From: Gekko japonicus
Taxonomy: Eukaryota
Length of the DNA: 64,000 bases
Reading direction: 5' to 3'
Assembly (NCBI RefSeq): GCF_001447785.1
Contig: NW_015174295.1
Span: 119,649-183,648 of the forward strand
Every line of letters begins with the position of its first letter. The stretch's first letter is position 1. The notes under the pieces were generated by a model that saw only the letters and a program-made list of their open reading frames with translations, was not told the origin of the DNA and did no database searches. Shown piece after piece: positions 34,426 to 47,080 of this stretch. The position numbers were made by a program, and so were the translations under genes.

Positions 34426-36686
34426 AGAGCTCTCTCAGCCCCACCTACCTCACAGGCAATGTTCCCTCTAAGCTGTGGAGTCTTGTCAGCAAAAATTCTA
34501 CTTTGTGAGCTACTGGCATTAAAGTTGTGAGCAGGCGATTTGCCTATTGCATCAATTAGTTTGCTCTGGAGCCATCCTTCCTGAGCTAAGACAAAAATGT
34601 GTGAGCCGGAGGCTAAAAAACTGTGAGCTAGCTCACACTAACTCAGCTTAGAGGGAACACTGGTGAATGGAGGAAGCTATGGACTTCAGTCGGCAAGATC
34701 TGAGCAAAGCTGTTGACGAGAGGACATTTGGGAAGGCATAAATCCATAGGATCAACATAAGTCGGAAGTGACCGGAAACAGTTAACGCACTTACAGAACG
34801 ACAATATGGCACGTAGCCGCAGGCAGAGCCAAATATGCAAGAGAAAGATTCCAGTGCCAAACTTGCATAGGTAAATTATTTTAATGTACGTGGAGACACG
34901 CCCATCTAAGCAGAAAGCTTCAGTGTAACTGTAATAAAGCGGCTGCAAGTCTCTTGCTGGAAATATACAGTTCATTGGCCTCCTGCCAATAATTTAATTG
35001 CCTTGGTTTTCCTGGATGTGCTATTGTTACATCACCCAGCCTCATTCCCTGGGGTCATGTGTTGTATGTTGTCCTGGCTAAGGCTGGTGCTGTTACGAGC
35101 AAAGTAGGGCTTTGATCAGAAGAGGGGCTCCAATATGAGTCAGGTTCCACAGTGGCTCTGCAATGAGGGTTGCTCTGCTCGAGAAAACCAAAAATTAAGA
35201 TTTTAATATGTAGTATATGTTTTAAATTGTTATGTATATGATTGTTTTACCATGGCAAGTGTTCTTGCCTCTGTAAGCCACCCTGAGCCCACGGGGGAGG
35301 GCGGGGTATAAGTACGAAAAATAAATAAATAAAATAAATAAATAAAATGCCCGTCTGTCCTCAGCAGCAGCTGCCCCAACAGCTGCTGTTTAATGCAGGC
35401 TTTGGTCATGTTTTTGAATACCTGTAAAATGTGTTGCAAAACATCTGCATTTAATAAATTTAACTTTTTTGAAGAGGAGAAGAGATTGGATGTATACCCC
35501 ATGGCCCTTCACTACCCAAAGGTGTCTCAGAGCGGCTTGCGAACTCCTTTCCCTTCCCCACAACAGACACCCCGTGAGGCAGGTGGGGCTGAGAGAGCTC
35601 TGAGAGAAACTGCTCTTTTTCCAAGAACAGCTCTGATCAGAACTACGCCTTGCCCAAGGTCATCCAGCAGGTGCAAGTGGAGGAGTGGGGAATCAAACCC
35701 GGTTCTCCCAGATTAGAGTCCGCGCACTTAACCACTACACCAAACTGGCTCTCACAGTTTGGTGTAGTGATTGTGCTTAAGGGCCTGGGAAACCCAGTTT
35801 CAAATACCCACTCTGCTACTGAGGCTTACTGGGTGACCATGGACCAGTCCCTCTGTCTCTGCCTAACCTACCTCACAGGGTTCTTTTGATGATATAAGGG
35901 ACAATGTTGTAAGCCACTGCGTCTCCACTGGGAAGAAAAGCAAGGTTATATACAGGGCTTTTTTGGTAGAAAAAGCCCAGCGGGAACTCATTAGCATAAT
36001 TGGTCACACCCAACAGCAAAAACATTACCATATTAGGCCACACCCCGGACATCACAGCTCATTAGCCTATTAGGCCACACCCCCATGTTACCACACCCAA
36101 CTTTTGCTTCTTATTCTGTTTGCTTTGTTTGTTGTCAAAACCCAGGGCTTTTTGTGTAGCAGGAACTCCTTTGCATGTTAGGCCACACACCCCTAATGTA
36201 GCCAATCCTAATGCGTTTCTGCTGTCGGGTGTGGCCTATTATGCTAATGAGCTCCTGCTGGGCGTGGCCAACTCAGGAGCCAGCCAGAACTCCGTTCCTG
36301 TGCATTCCTGCCCAAAAATAGCCCTGGTTATATATACGGTATAGTGTGGTGTCACGGTCAGAGTGTTGGGAACGTGGGATTCTCGGGTTCAGATCCTCAC
36401 TTTGCTGTGGAAGCGTGGTGAGTGACCTGGCGCAGGCCGCATGTTCCCAGACAAACCTACCTTATAGGATTGTTAAGAGGATAAAAGGGGAGACTGACGT
36501 AAGCCACTCTGGGTTCCCGTTGGGGGGAAAAGTCAGGCATTAATGAGGTAAATAAAAAGGTAAAGGTGTCCCTTGCTCGAAAGCCAGTCGAGTCCGACTC
36601 TAGGGTTGCGGTGCTCACCTCCGTTTCCAAGCTGAAGAGCCAGCGCTGTCCAAAGACGTTTCCGTGGTCATGTGGCCGGGGTGACT

Positions 36687-37241
36687 ATTTATTTATTTAT
36701 TTATTTAATTCAATTTATACCCCGCCCTCCCCGCATATGCGGGCTCAGGGCGGCTTACAAGAGGCTGACGCCAATATAAAGCCATATAAAATCCATTCAA
36801 TACAATAACATTATACTAAACAAAGTGCTCTGGCGTTCTCCTATGATATTCCGCAGATGGTATACAGTTTCTCTACTACTCAGGGTTGTCTACTACTCAG
36901 GGTTATCTGTTCTAGCAGACGCTGATGTTCCCTTCTTCCAGGGCCAGGGACGATGGAACAATGATGATGGTAATGATGGTACTGGCGGCTCCTACTCGTA
37001 CGCCTGGCGGAAGAGCTCCGTCTTGCAGGCCCTGCGGAATTGCACCAGGTCCCGCAGGGCCCGGATCTCCTCCGGGAGCTCATTCCACCAGGTAGGAGCC
37101 GCCACCGAGAAAGCCTTGGCCCTGGTGGCGGCCAGCCTGGCCTCTTTGGGACCTGGCATCGCCAGGAGGTGTTGGGTCCCAGACTGTAGTGCTCGTGGGG
37201 GAACGTATGAGGAAAGGCGGTCCCTTAGGTAAGCTGGACCC
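36687..37241 (-). mobile_element. L2 LINE 3' end inserted into a Sauria SINE; further L2 fragments at ~59455-59780(-) and ~56640-56810
   Basis: GPAYLRDRLSSYVPPRALQS...AFSVAAPTWWNELPEEIR...FRRACKTELFRQAY is an L2 ORF2 C-terminus; (TAAA)n tail; short TGACTA duplication; the host SINE resumes after it. Confidence 0.85.
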
Positions 37242-38436
37242 TGACTAAACACCAAGGCGCACTGAATGCTGTTACCTTCCCACCAAAGTGGTACCTATTT
37301 ACCTACTTGCAATTTCTTGCTTTCAAACTGCTAGGTTGGCAAGAGCTGGAACTAGAGATGGGAGCTCACTCCGTCATGCGGCACACTCGGGTCTCGAACT
37401 GCTGAACTACCGACCTTCCACAGCCTGCAGTTCAGCATCTTAACTACTTGAGCCACCGCAGCTCCTAATGAGGTAAATAGCTAAAAATAAATGCATAAGA
37501 GAATTACAAATAGCGGTTTATCCACTTCTACAGTGAATTTGGTGATCATTGAAAAGCTACATTTCCCCAGCTTGGTGTAGTAGTTAGGAGCATGGACTCT
37601 AATCCGGGAGAACTGGGTTTAATTCCCCACTCCTTCACATGCAGTTGCTGGTGTGACCTTGGTTCAGTCACAAGTTCATTCAGAGCCGTTTTCTCACGAG
37701 CGGTTCTTATAAGAGCTCTCTCAGCCCCATCTACCTCACAAGCAGCGCTCCCTCTAAACTTGTGAGCAAAAATTCTACTTTGTGAGCTACGGCTACGGGC
37801 GTTAAAGTTTCGAGCGAGCGATTTGGCTGCTGCATGAATTAGTTTGCTCTGGAGCCACCCTTCCTGCGCTAGGACAAAAATGTGAGAGCCGGAGGCTAAA
37901 AAACTGTGAGCTAGCTCACACTAACTCAGCTTAGAGGGAACGCTGCTCACAGGGTGCCTGTTGTGGGGAGGGGAACGGAAAGGAGATTGTAAACCGCTCT
38001 GAGTCTCCTTTGGGTAGTGAAGGGCGGGGTATAAATCCAATCTCTTCTTTCTTCTTCATTAAATTCCAGCGTGGCATAACACTGAGTCCAGAAACGGATA
38101 TTTTTACTTCGTTTTAAATTTTGTTCGGCTTCCTTGGTATAAATCTCACCACAGGAGGAGGGAACTGTCCTGCACAATCTGCTTCTACCCAGATGTAGGT
38201 TCAATGGGATTTATTCCCAGGAAATTGTGTGGAGGACTGCCGCCTTAATGTTATGAATTCCTTTTACAAATTGCTGGTTTGGTTCAAGCATTTATACGCC
38301 GCCTTCCCAGAGACTGTTCAAGGTGTCTCACAAGCAAAAGCAATACCATATCCAAGATCACTCTTGTAATTTAGAAATGATTGGGCTTCCATGCACGATA
38401 TAATACATATAATGAACAACACAAGATAGTTATGAC

Positions 38437-38644
38437 CAGTGTTCCCTCTAAGCTGAGTTAGTGTGAGCTAGCTCACAGTTTTTTAGCCTCCGGCTCACAC
38501 ATTTTTGTCTTCGCTCAGGAAGGATGCGGCTCCAGAGCAAACTAATTCATGCAGTAGCCAAATCGCTCGCTCACAACTTTAACACCAGTAGCGCAAAAGG
38601 CAGAATTTTTGCTCACAAGGCTCCACAGCTTAGAGGGAACATTG
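38437..38644. mobile_element. ~205-bp hAT MITE, TIR CAGTGTTCCCTCTAAGCTG (family C). About 20 copies or fragments, e.g. 13211-13414, 14192-14398, 34457-34662, 37743-37945, 40087-40294, 41165-41371, 51656-51864, 58531-58734, 59896-60101, 60850-61054
   Basis: TIRs with 8-bp TSDs: GTTATGAC (38429/38645), ACAGCGAC (59888/60102), GTCCAAAC flanking 51656-51864. Confidence 0.9.
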
Positions 38645-38906
38645 GTTATGACTTCTCTGTCCAAAGTCAGGTGTTTTTTTGTTAAGGACTGTTATATTAA
38701 TATAATAGAATGAATGCAATATAATGTAGATACGGTGTTTGCTATAACAAAAAAGAACAAAGCATAATACAAGAGATATTGATGATGTTAGAGTACCATA
38801 ACAATGATCATGAACTGAAATAGTTGGAGATAGTATGATAAGAAGGAGCACGTGAAAGTCAAGAGCTTATAACATTCTACTAGAACTGCACCCTTGTTCC
38901 TGCCTC

Positions 38907-39186
38907 TTGTTGTTGTTCAGTCACACAGTCGAGTCCGACTCTTCGCGACCCCGTGGACCAGATCACACCAGGCCTTCCGGTCTTCCGCCGTCCTCCGAAG
39001 TTTGCTCAACTTCATGTTCATTGCATCGATGACACTGTCTGACCATCTCATCCTCTGCCGTCCCCGTCTTCTTTGACCTTCAGTCTTCCCCAGCATCAGG
39101 GTCTTCTTCTCCAGGGAGTGCTCCCTTCTCATTGGGTGGCCAAAGTATTTGAGCTTCAGTTTCATTATCTGGCCTTCCAGGGAACA
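38907..39186 (-). mobile_element. BovB (RTE) LINE 3' end; shorter copies at ~41953-42131 and ~42571-42749
   Basis: SLEGQIMKLKLKYFGHPMRR...LMLGKTEGQRRRGRQRMRW...LVHGVAKSRTRLCD is the BovB ORF C-terminus; (CAA)n tail. Confidence 0.92.
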
Positions 39187-39960
39187 GGGTTGCCCCCTCT
39201 CCCCAGCTCCCAACCGGCCAAGATCTGCCCGAGGGCCGTGGCGCGCGCGCCTGCACGTGCCAGCCAGGCCGTTTGCAAAGCGCGCCCCGGACTCCGCCGC
39301 CGCCGCCTCCCTCCTGCCAGGGCTCCAGCAGCCCGCCAATCAGCCAGCCCGCCATTCCCCTGGCGGGGGGAGGCCAGTTCCCCTCCCCGCGCGAGGAAGG
39401 GCAAGGAGGCTCCGGCGCGGCTTCAGCGCGCAAGGGCCATGCGCCGCACACATGCGCGCCACCACCGCCGCCCCCCGCCCAGGCACCCGAGCCGCCGAGG
39501 GAGGAGCCGCCGCCGCCGCCGCCGCCTGCTCTCCTCGCCGGGCTCTGGCTTTAAAGGGACCCGCGCCCCGCCGCAGCCGCCGCCGAGCCCCGGAAGCGGG
39601 AGCCTCGCGAGGGGGAGGAGAGGACCGGCCTCTTCTCGCCTGTTGCTCCCGTGCGTCCTGCTCGCCGGCACTGCAGCGCGCTCTGCTCCGTCGGGGAGCC
39701 GCCCGCTGACTCTGCCTCCGCCGGGAGCGGCGCGCTCGGCGGGCGACCATGCCGAAGAAGAAGCCCCTGCCCATCCAGCTGAACCCCACGCCGGACGGCT
39801 CCGCCATCAACGGCACCAGCGCGGCCGAGTGAGTCCGCTTGGCTTGGCTTGGGGGGGTCTTTTTTTTTTGGGGGGGGGGGGGGCGTCGCGGGCGACCGGA
39901 CTTCGGAGGATGCGGGAGGCCGGCCGCGGGAAGCTCACGCAGCCCTCCTCCAGCCAGTCG
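39187..39960 (+). promoter_or_regulatory. MAP2K1 CpG island, promoter and 5'UTR
   Basis: Very high GC and CpG content with (GCC)n runs and GC boxes, immediately upstream of and around the MAP2K1 start codon. Confidence 0.85.
39749..39828 (+). CDS. MAP2K1: MAP2K1 (MEK1) coding exon 1; exon 2 lies beyond the window
   Basis: [26 protein letters not shown](E) versus human [27 protein letters not shown]; 80 nt; donor GTGAGT; head-to-head with TIPIN as in human. Confidence 0.96.
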
Positions 39961-41536
39961 CCGTGCTTGCAGAGAGTCCGGGTTTGCAGATCTATAGTTT
40001 CAAAATTAGGCATCCAAAAATTGTGCGTGCGTCTGTGTATATATGTAGCCAAAACTGTACAATATCTCAGTGATATGTAATAGAACCACTGTTCCCTCTA
40101 AGCTGAGTGAGTGTGAGCCAGCTGATAGTTTCTTAGCCTCCGGCTCACACATTTTTGTCTTCGCTCAAGGAGGATGGGGCTCCCGAGCAAACTCATTCAT
40201 GCAGCAGCCAAATCTCTCGCTCACAACTTTAAGGCCAGCAGCTCCCAAAGGAGGATTTTGGCTTACAAGACTCTGCAGCTTAGAGGGAGCATTGAGTAGA
40301 ACAATGCAACTTATAATGCTGTTAGCCGTGGAACAATCATTAGAACGATACAAAGTGATAATGCTAATAGCAGTGGAACAATCCTTACAAAGCAGCCGGC
40401 TTTCGCATCAAGACTTCAGTGTCATCTGCACAGGTCCAATGATGAGAAATCTTCATGGGAATTGAGGGCTGGTCCCGCCATTAACTTTAGCGACCCCTGA
40501 GAAGAGGGGCCTTTACAAATTAGAAAGGTGCAATCGCAAAACCAAGAAAAATCAGGATAAGTTGATTGGCTTCTGATGAAGTCTTGATATGAAGCGAAAG
40601 GCGGCTGCTTTGTGATGATCATTCCACTGCTATTAGCATTCTATATATTATATATATATATATATNNNNNNNNNNNNNNNNNNNNNNNNNNNNNNNNNNN
40701 NNNNNNNNNNNNNNNNNNNNNNNNNNNNNNNNNNNNNNNNNNNNNNNNNNNNNNNNNNNNNNNNNNTATATATATATATATAAAATTTAAATTAGGCATC
40801 TAAAACTCCCGGCTTCAAAAGCCTAACCGCGTGCACCTTGGGTTCATATTGGAGATCTTTCCAGCGAGGCAGGAACTGTTGCAGCGGATCAGCAAGTCGA
40901 GATATTGGGGGTTGGGGGGGTGTACAAAGCCCAGGAAAAAGGATACCGACGGCCGACCTTTTAAAACTGTGGTCGGTGTCCGGTGTTAAGAGTCAGGTGG
41001 GACATACCGTCGCCGTTCTCTCCCCGGCAGGCAGAAATCCCATGCTGGTGTCTGGGTCCCCGTGGGGTTCGTAAAAGCACATTTGGCTTGGTGCACATGA
41101 TGAGTTGGTAGAGCTTGTTCCCTCCGGCGCTTTATCGGATTGCTGCTCGCATCGGGTCACGGGGCAATGTTGCCTCTAAGCTGTGGAGTCTTGTGAGCAA
41201 AAATTCTACTTTGTGAGCTCCTGGCATTAAAGTTGTGAGCGAGCCATTTGGCTACTGCATTAAATTAGTTGGTGCTGGAGCCATCCTTCCTGAGCTAAGA
41301 CAAAAATGTGTGAGCCGGAGGCTGAAAAACTGTGAGCTGGCTCACACTAACTCAGCTTAGAGGGAACACTGGTCACGGGTGGCCAAAAAAAAAAAAGATT
41401 ACAAGAGTTGCCATTAGAAACAGTTCTCATGGGCATAGCTTTGGGGAACCTGAGGAACCTGCACCAGGAAAAGTGGGGTGGGGGGGGGAAGCACTTGGTT
41501 ACAGGTCCAGCTTGGTTGTCCAGCTGAGATCTGAGT

Positions 41537-42771
41537 GGGGTTTTGAAGTGGTTTGCCTTGAGAAGTCCCCTGTGTGGCTCTGGCAATGTGCTTGTCGCCA
41601 GTACGCCCTCTGAGCTGTTGAGTCGTGTGAGCAAAAATCCTAGTTTGTGAGGTCCTGGAATTGAAGTGGTGAGCGAGCGATTTGGCTACTGCATGAATCG
41701 GTTTGCTCTGGAGCCATTCTTCCTGAGCGAAGACAAAAATGTGTGAGCCGGAGACTAAAAAACTGTGAGCTGGCTCACACTAACTCAGCTTAGAGGGAAC
41801 TATAATCAATGCTCCCTCTGAGCTGTGGAGTCTTTTGAGCAAAAATTCTACTTTGTGGAGCCGCTGGCCTTAAAGTTGTGAGCGAGCGATTTGGCTACTG
41901 CATAAATCAGTCTGCTCCGGAGCCTTCCTTCCTGAGCGAAGACAAAAATGTGTGTTGTTGTTGTTCAGTCGCACAGTCGAGTCCAACTCTTCGCGACCCC
42001 ATGGACCAGATCACGCCAGGCCTTCCTGTCTTCCGCCGTCCTCTGAAGTTGGCTCAATTTCATGCTCGTTGCATCTATGACACTGTCTGACCATCTCATC
42101 CTTTGCCATCCCCGTCTTCTTTGACCTTCAATCTTTAAAAAAAATGTGTGAGCGGGGTTTTGAAGTGGTTTTGCCTTGAGAAGTCCCCTGTGTGGCTCTG
42201 GCAATGTGCTTGTCGCCAGTGCGCCCTCTGAGCTGTGGAGTCGTGTGAGCAAAAATCCTCGTTTGTGAGCTCCTGGCATTGAAGTGGTGAGCGAGCGATT
42301 TGGCTACTGCATGAATCAGTTTGCTCTGGAGCCATCCTTCCTGAGCTAAGATTAAAATGTGTGAGCCGGAGACTAAAAAACTGTGAGCTAGCTCACACTA
42401 GCTCAGCTTAGAGGGAACTATAACCAATGCTCCCTCTGAGCTGTGGAGTCTTTTGAGCAAAAATTCTACTTTGTGGAGCTGCTGGCCTTAAAGCTGTGAG
42501 CGAGCGATTTGGCTACTGCATAAATCAGTCTGCTCCGGAGCCATCCTTCCTGAGCGAAGACAAAAATGTGTGTTGTTGTTGTTCAGTCGCACAGTCGAGT
42601 CCAACTCTTCGCGACCCCATGGACCAGATCACGCCAGGCCTTCCTGTCTTCCGCCGTCCTCTGAAGTTGGCTCAATTTCATGCTCGTTGCATCTATGACA
42701 CTGTCTGACCATCTCATCCTTTGCCATCCCCGTCTTCTTTGACCTTCAATCTTTAAAAAAAATGTGTGAGC
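41537..42771 (+). repeat. Tandem duplication, ~618-bp unit x2
   Basis: 41537-42153 is repeated at 42154-42771 with scattered substitutions; identical ORF translations at 41878 and 42496. Confidence 0.9.
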
Positions 42772-44159
42772 CGGAGGCTAAAAAACTGTGAGTTGGCTCA
42801 CACTAACTCAGCTTAGAGGGAACGCTGCCCGTTACCCTGTCAGGGGGCTGCGATCACACACCCTAAATAATCCACTTTCAATCCACTCCCAATGCACTTT
42901 CCAAGTGGATTGCACTGTGTGAACTGGCAAAATCCAATTTGAAAGTGGATTGTCTCCTGTGTCTGATCACAGCCTGAGATGTTGTGAAATAGTGGTTAAG
43001 CCAGGGGGTTTAAGAAAATGAAATCTTTTAAGTTAAGGTATATTGGCGGGGTAGGCTAGAATCGCCCGTTTGTGCGCAGAACGGTAGGAAAGGCTTTTAA
43101 GAGATGAAAAGATGCTTTACAGACAAGGAAATGACAGTGGGGAAGAGTTGCCAATAATCTAAGTGCTAGCCTTGTGCAGATTTATGCCAGGACACTAAAA
43201 CGGTCACGCAAGGCTCTCCTCACAGTGCCCGGTGTTTGGGTTGCAGAAACTATGGGTTATTAATCAGTATGTCACTTATTAGTCATGTTAAGTTGTAGAG
43301 TTTCAGTTATGCAAACGGGCTGTCTTATTCTGGCTCTTTATTGATCTCTTATTCTGAATGTTTGATGTCGTTTGGCCAGTTTGGTGTCGTGGTTAAGTGT
43401 GCAGACTCTAATCTGGGAGAACCGGGCTTGATTCCCCACTCCTGCACTTGCAGCTGCTGGATGACCTTGGGCAAGCCATAGTTCTGTCAGAGCTGTTCTC
43501 AGAAAAGAGCAGTTTCTCTCAGAGCTCTCTCAGCCCCACCTACCTCACAGGGTGTCTGTTGCGGGGAGGGGAAGGGAGAGGAGTTTGTAAGCCGCTCTGA
43601 GACTCCTTTGGGTAGTGAAGGGCGGGGTATAAATCCAATCTCTTATTCTCTTCTTCTTCTTCTTCTTCTGATTATGAAAGGTTGCTGGCCCCCAAGTTAG
43701 ATTTTTGAACAAGTATTTAAGACCCAAGTCCAGATCTGTGCCCTGACATCAAATCTGATGAGCGAGGGCCTGTCACTCTCCTATACTAGCCTACCTTGCA
43801 CAGTTGTTGTGAGAAGAACTCTATATGCCCCTCGTGATCTTTGAAAGAAGGCGTAGGATACAAATGTTGTAGCTCCTTTCTGCCTAACATTATGGACATC
43901 ACCTTTGTGAACAATCCCTGTGCAAACATACCTGACGTAGGAAAAAAATTGTATGCCCACATGGCTTTTGAGGAAAGAGACTAGCTTTCCTTAACATAGA
44001 TGGGTTCAGGTGTACCCTTTCCTCTTCCTTGGGGATAATTTCAGTACCAGTCAATCACAATGGTGGAGTTTGTGAGACAGGGTTAGGAATGAGAAACCCC
44101 GTATTCTAGGCATGGTCAAATGTGGAAAATGGTCCCAACTCAATTGAATAGATGGGCTC

Positions 44160-44901
44160 TGTGATGCCCTCCTTATTAGGGAGGACTGGTTTCACTTTAA
44201 AAGTCCTCTTTTTATTCTGTTTATCTGGGTATATACGGCTGCCACCAGGAAATTTTAAGGATTTCCAAACCTTTTATACTTTACTGTTGTTCTTACTATT
44301 TTGGTAGACCGAGTTCAAGGCTTACGAGGAACTATGTGGTCCTGAGGAAGTATTTATTTCAGAGCTGGTATACTTGAATGAAAGAGGATTTATTGAAATA
44401 AAGCATAAATAAGAGGGTAGTACAATGTAACTAGTAATGTGTAAATACTGAACAATTGCTTTGGTATCCCACACAATCTTCTCCCTCTCTGTCAGGGATC
44501 TTTGCATGTAACTTTGTAACACTTGTTTATCTCAATGCCATATACATTTACTGTTTCACTCTAGCCTGTCACTCAGACTTTCCTTTAACTTTTGTTCACC
44601 TAAACTTTACTGTTTCCTAGACACTCAGCTTTCAGCTTATAACTGCTTCAACACAGAACTGCTTGTCTCTCCTTTCACACACAGAACTAACTGAACCTAT
44701 CAACTGTCAAACCTGTAACTGTAAAACTTGACTGACATACATACTCATCCACTCATTTTCACTTCCAAAACCCCTTCCCCTCTCTGTCAACCACCAATCA
44801 TACCACACTTGCCTCTCTCAACCACTCTAGTCTATCTACCTCCGTCATGCAACCAAAACTTTTAAAGAGACACGCACACACAAAAACAAGGAATCGTTAC
44901 A
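44160..44901. mobile_element. Solo LTR, same terminal motifs as 5794-6453 in the opposite orientation
   Basis: TGTGATG...AATCGTTACA (reverse complement of TGTAACGATT...CATCACA) with 5-bp TSD GGCTC. Confidence 0.8.
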
Positions 44902-46730
44902 GGCTCTGATGCCCAACTCAAGAGGGAGTTTTCACAATGGAAAGTGGCGTTCCCCTCTCCATTAATAACTGTGATCTGGAGACAGGGCTGATCAATTTAT
45001 TTATTATAATGAGGCCCTCAAGCTTGTTAAAACGACAGCAACTTATTCAGGATTGTGGGAAACTTGAGCAGGCTCGTGCAAACCTCCGGAAGGATCTCTC
45101 AGAACTGCATGAATGGACAGCAGTGTAGCAAATGGGGGCTTTTTTGTAAGTAAGTCTAAGCTGATGACTATCGGCACACACAAAAAAAGCAATCTAGAAA
45201 AGCCATACATACATCCCAGTCACTTATACACTGAATTGGCTGTGAGTAACCGGAAAGGGATTTGAGGATTTTGTTGGCAAGGGCAGTGAGAACGGCTACT
45301 CTGTGCACAGTGCGGGAAAGAGAGGCAGCTTTTGCACTGGGGATTATTAGGAAAGGATACTGGGGGTTATTAGGAAGGATACCCCCGTGCCTTTCTGGAG
45401 GGGCTCGAATTGTACAGTTCCAGTCACCAGTCTTCAAAATAAAATTGCAGAGCCGGAAAAGACCATGGGTATGATGCAGGGGTTAGGACACCTTCCCTGT
45501 AACTGTAACTTTATGAAGAAACAGCAACAGGATAGAGATTTGCAAGAGTATCCATACTGGGGAGGGGGAGGGAGTGAATAGACAGGATTTTTTTCCCTCT
45601 TCCCTTCTTGTAACTCTGGGTTAGCCAGTAACATTGATTGGCACTAGTAGGTTCAGACCAAAAAAAGAGATACTGTTTCACACAACATGTGAGTAACGAC
45701 AGACTTTGCTGCCACAAGGTATAGCTTTAAAAAGTGGATAAGAGATCGGGTCTACAAACTACTTTAAGTCAGGAGAGCTCAGTGGAACCTCCTTGTTCAG
45801 AGGCAGTATAGCCTCTGAATACCAGATTCTGGGGGGCAGGCAGGAACTGGGGAGCAGGCCCCTGTGTGGACTTCCAAAGGGGCTGGCCCACTGTTGGAAA
45901 CAGGATGCTGGATTAGATGTATCCTTTAGCCGCGGTGCCTCTAGTGGTTAAGACGCTGAACTGCAGGCTGAAAGGTCGGTAGCTCGACAGTTCGAGACCC
46001 GAGTGCGGCATGACGGAGTGAGCTCCCATCTCTGGCCCCAGCTCCTGCCAACCTAGCAGTTTGAAAGAAAGAAACTGTAAGTAGATAAATAGGGACCACT
46101 TCGGTGGGAAGGTAACAGCGTTCCGTGTGCCTTGGTGTTTAGTCATGCTGGCCACATGACCGCGGAAACGTCTTTGGACAGCGCTGGCTCTTCGGCTTGG
46201 AAATGGAGATGAGCACCGCCCCCTAAAGTTGGATACGACTGGCTTTCGAGCAAGGGAAACCTTTACCTTTACACTGGGTCTGATCCAGTGGGGCTTACCC
46301 ATGCTCTTCTCGCACTTGTTTCAGTAGCTGAGCATGTGTTGCTAAACAGACATAATTTCCCCCCCAAATGCTTGACATGTCGTAGTGTCATCTCAAAGAC
46401 TTAATTTGCATCCTGTGATGATGTTTCAAGGCAGGCCTTGACATGACGCCACGTTGAAGCGTCAGGTTGCAGGTTTCACCGGGGGGGGGGGGGCGACTGG
46501 GCACCGTCGTCCCCTGCTTTCTTCTCAAAACTTTGCTTTTTAAAATATCTGTATCAAGGACTGATACAGACTTCCAAAGCAGCTTCAAGCAATACAGGAT
46601 AATAATCAAGGAATTAATAACAGAAGAATAAAATTCCTTAAAATCGCAGCAGAGGAAAGGAGAACAGGAGCATTTGCTAATCCCCCCCCAAAAAAAATCA
46701 TTAAAAACTCAGGAGAATATCACTGTTATA

Positions 46731-47080
46731 AAAGGTAAAGGTTCCCTTGCTCGAAAGCCAGTCGAATCCGACTCTAGGGTTGCGGTGCTCATCTCCGTTT
46801 CAAAGCCGAAGAGCCAGCGCTGTCCAAAGACGTTTCCGTGGTCATGTGGCCGGCATGACTAAACACCAAGGCGCATGGAACGCTGTTACCTTCCCACCAA
46901 AGTGGTCCCTATTTATCTACTTGCAATTTCTTGCTTTCGAACTGCTAGGTTGGCAGGAGCTGGAACTAGAGACGGGAGCTCACTCCGTCATGTGGCACAC
47001 TCGGGTCTTGAACTGCTGAACTACCGACCTTCCACAGCCTGCAGTTCAGTGTCTTAACCACTTGAGCCCCCGCAGCTCCT
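46731..47080 (+). mobile_element. Sauria SINE. Other copies at ~10136-10388, 18707-19048(-), 24240-24586, 36555-37465, 45927-46270(-), 50696-51011, 53365-53500(-)
   Basis: Characteristic AAAGGTAAAGGTTCCCTTGCTCGAAAGCCAGTCG...GCTGTTACCTTCCCACCAAAGTGG body, repeated in many copies. The strand given is the orientation of this text, not necessarily of transcription. Confidence 0.85.

Noticed and set aside
39749-39828. MAP2K2 as an alternative identity
   Set aside because: The N-terminus MPKKKP..IQLNP is MEK1-type (MEK2 begins MLARRKP), and adjacency to TIPIN matches MAP2K1.
39073-40080. 335-aa ORF and other overlapping ORFs over the MAP2K1 island
   Set aside because: Low-complexity Arg/Pro/Ala translations caused by stop-codon scarcity in GC-rich DNA; the real exon is in another frame.
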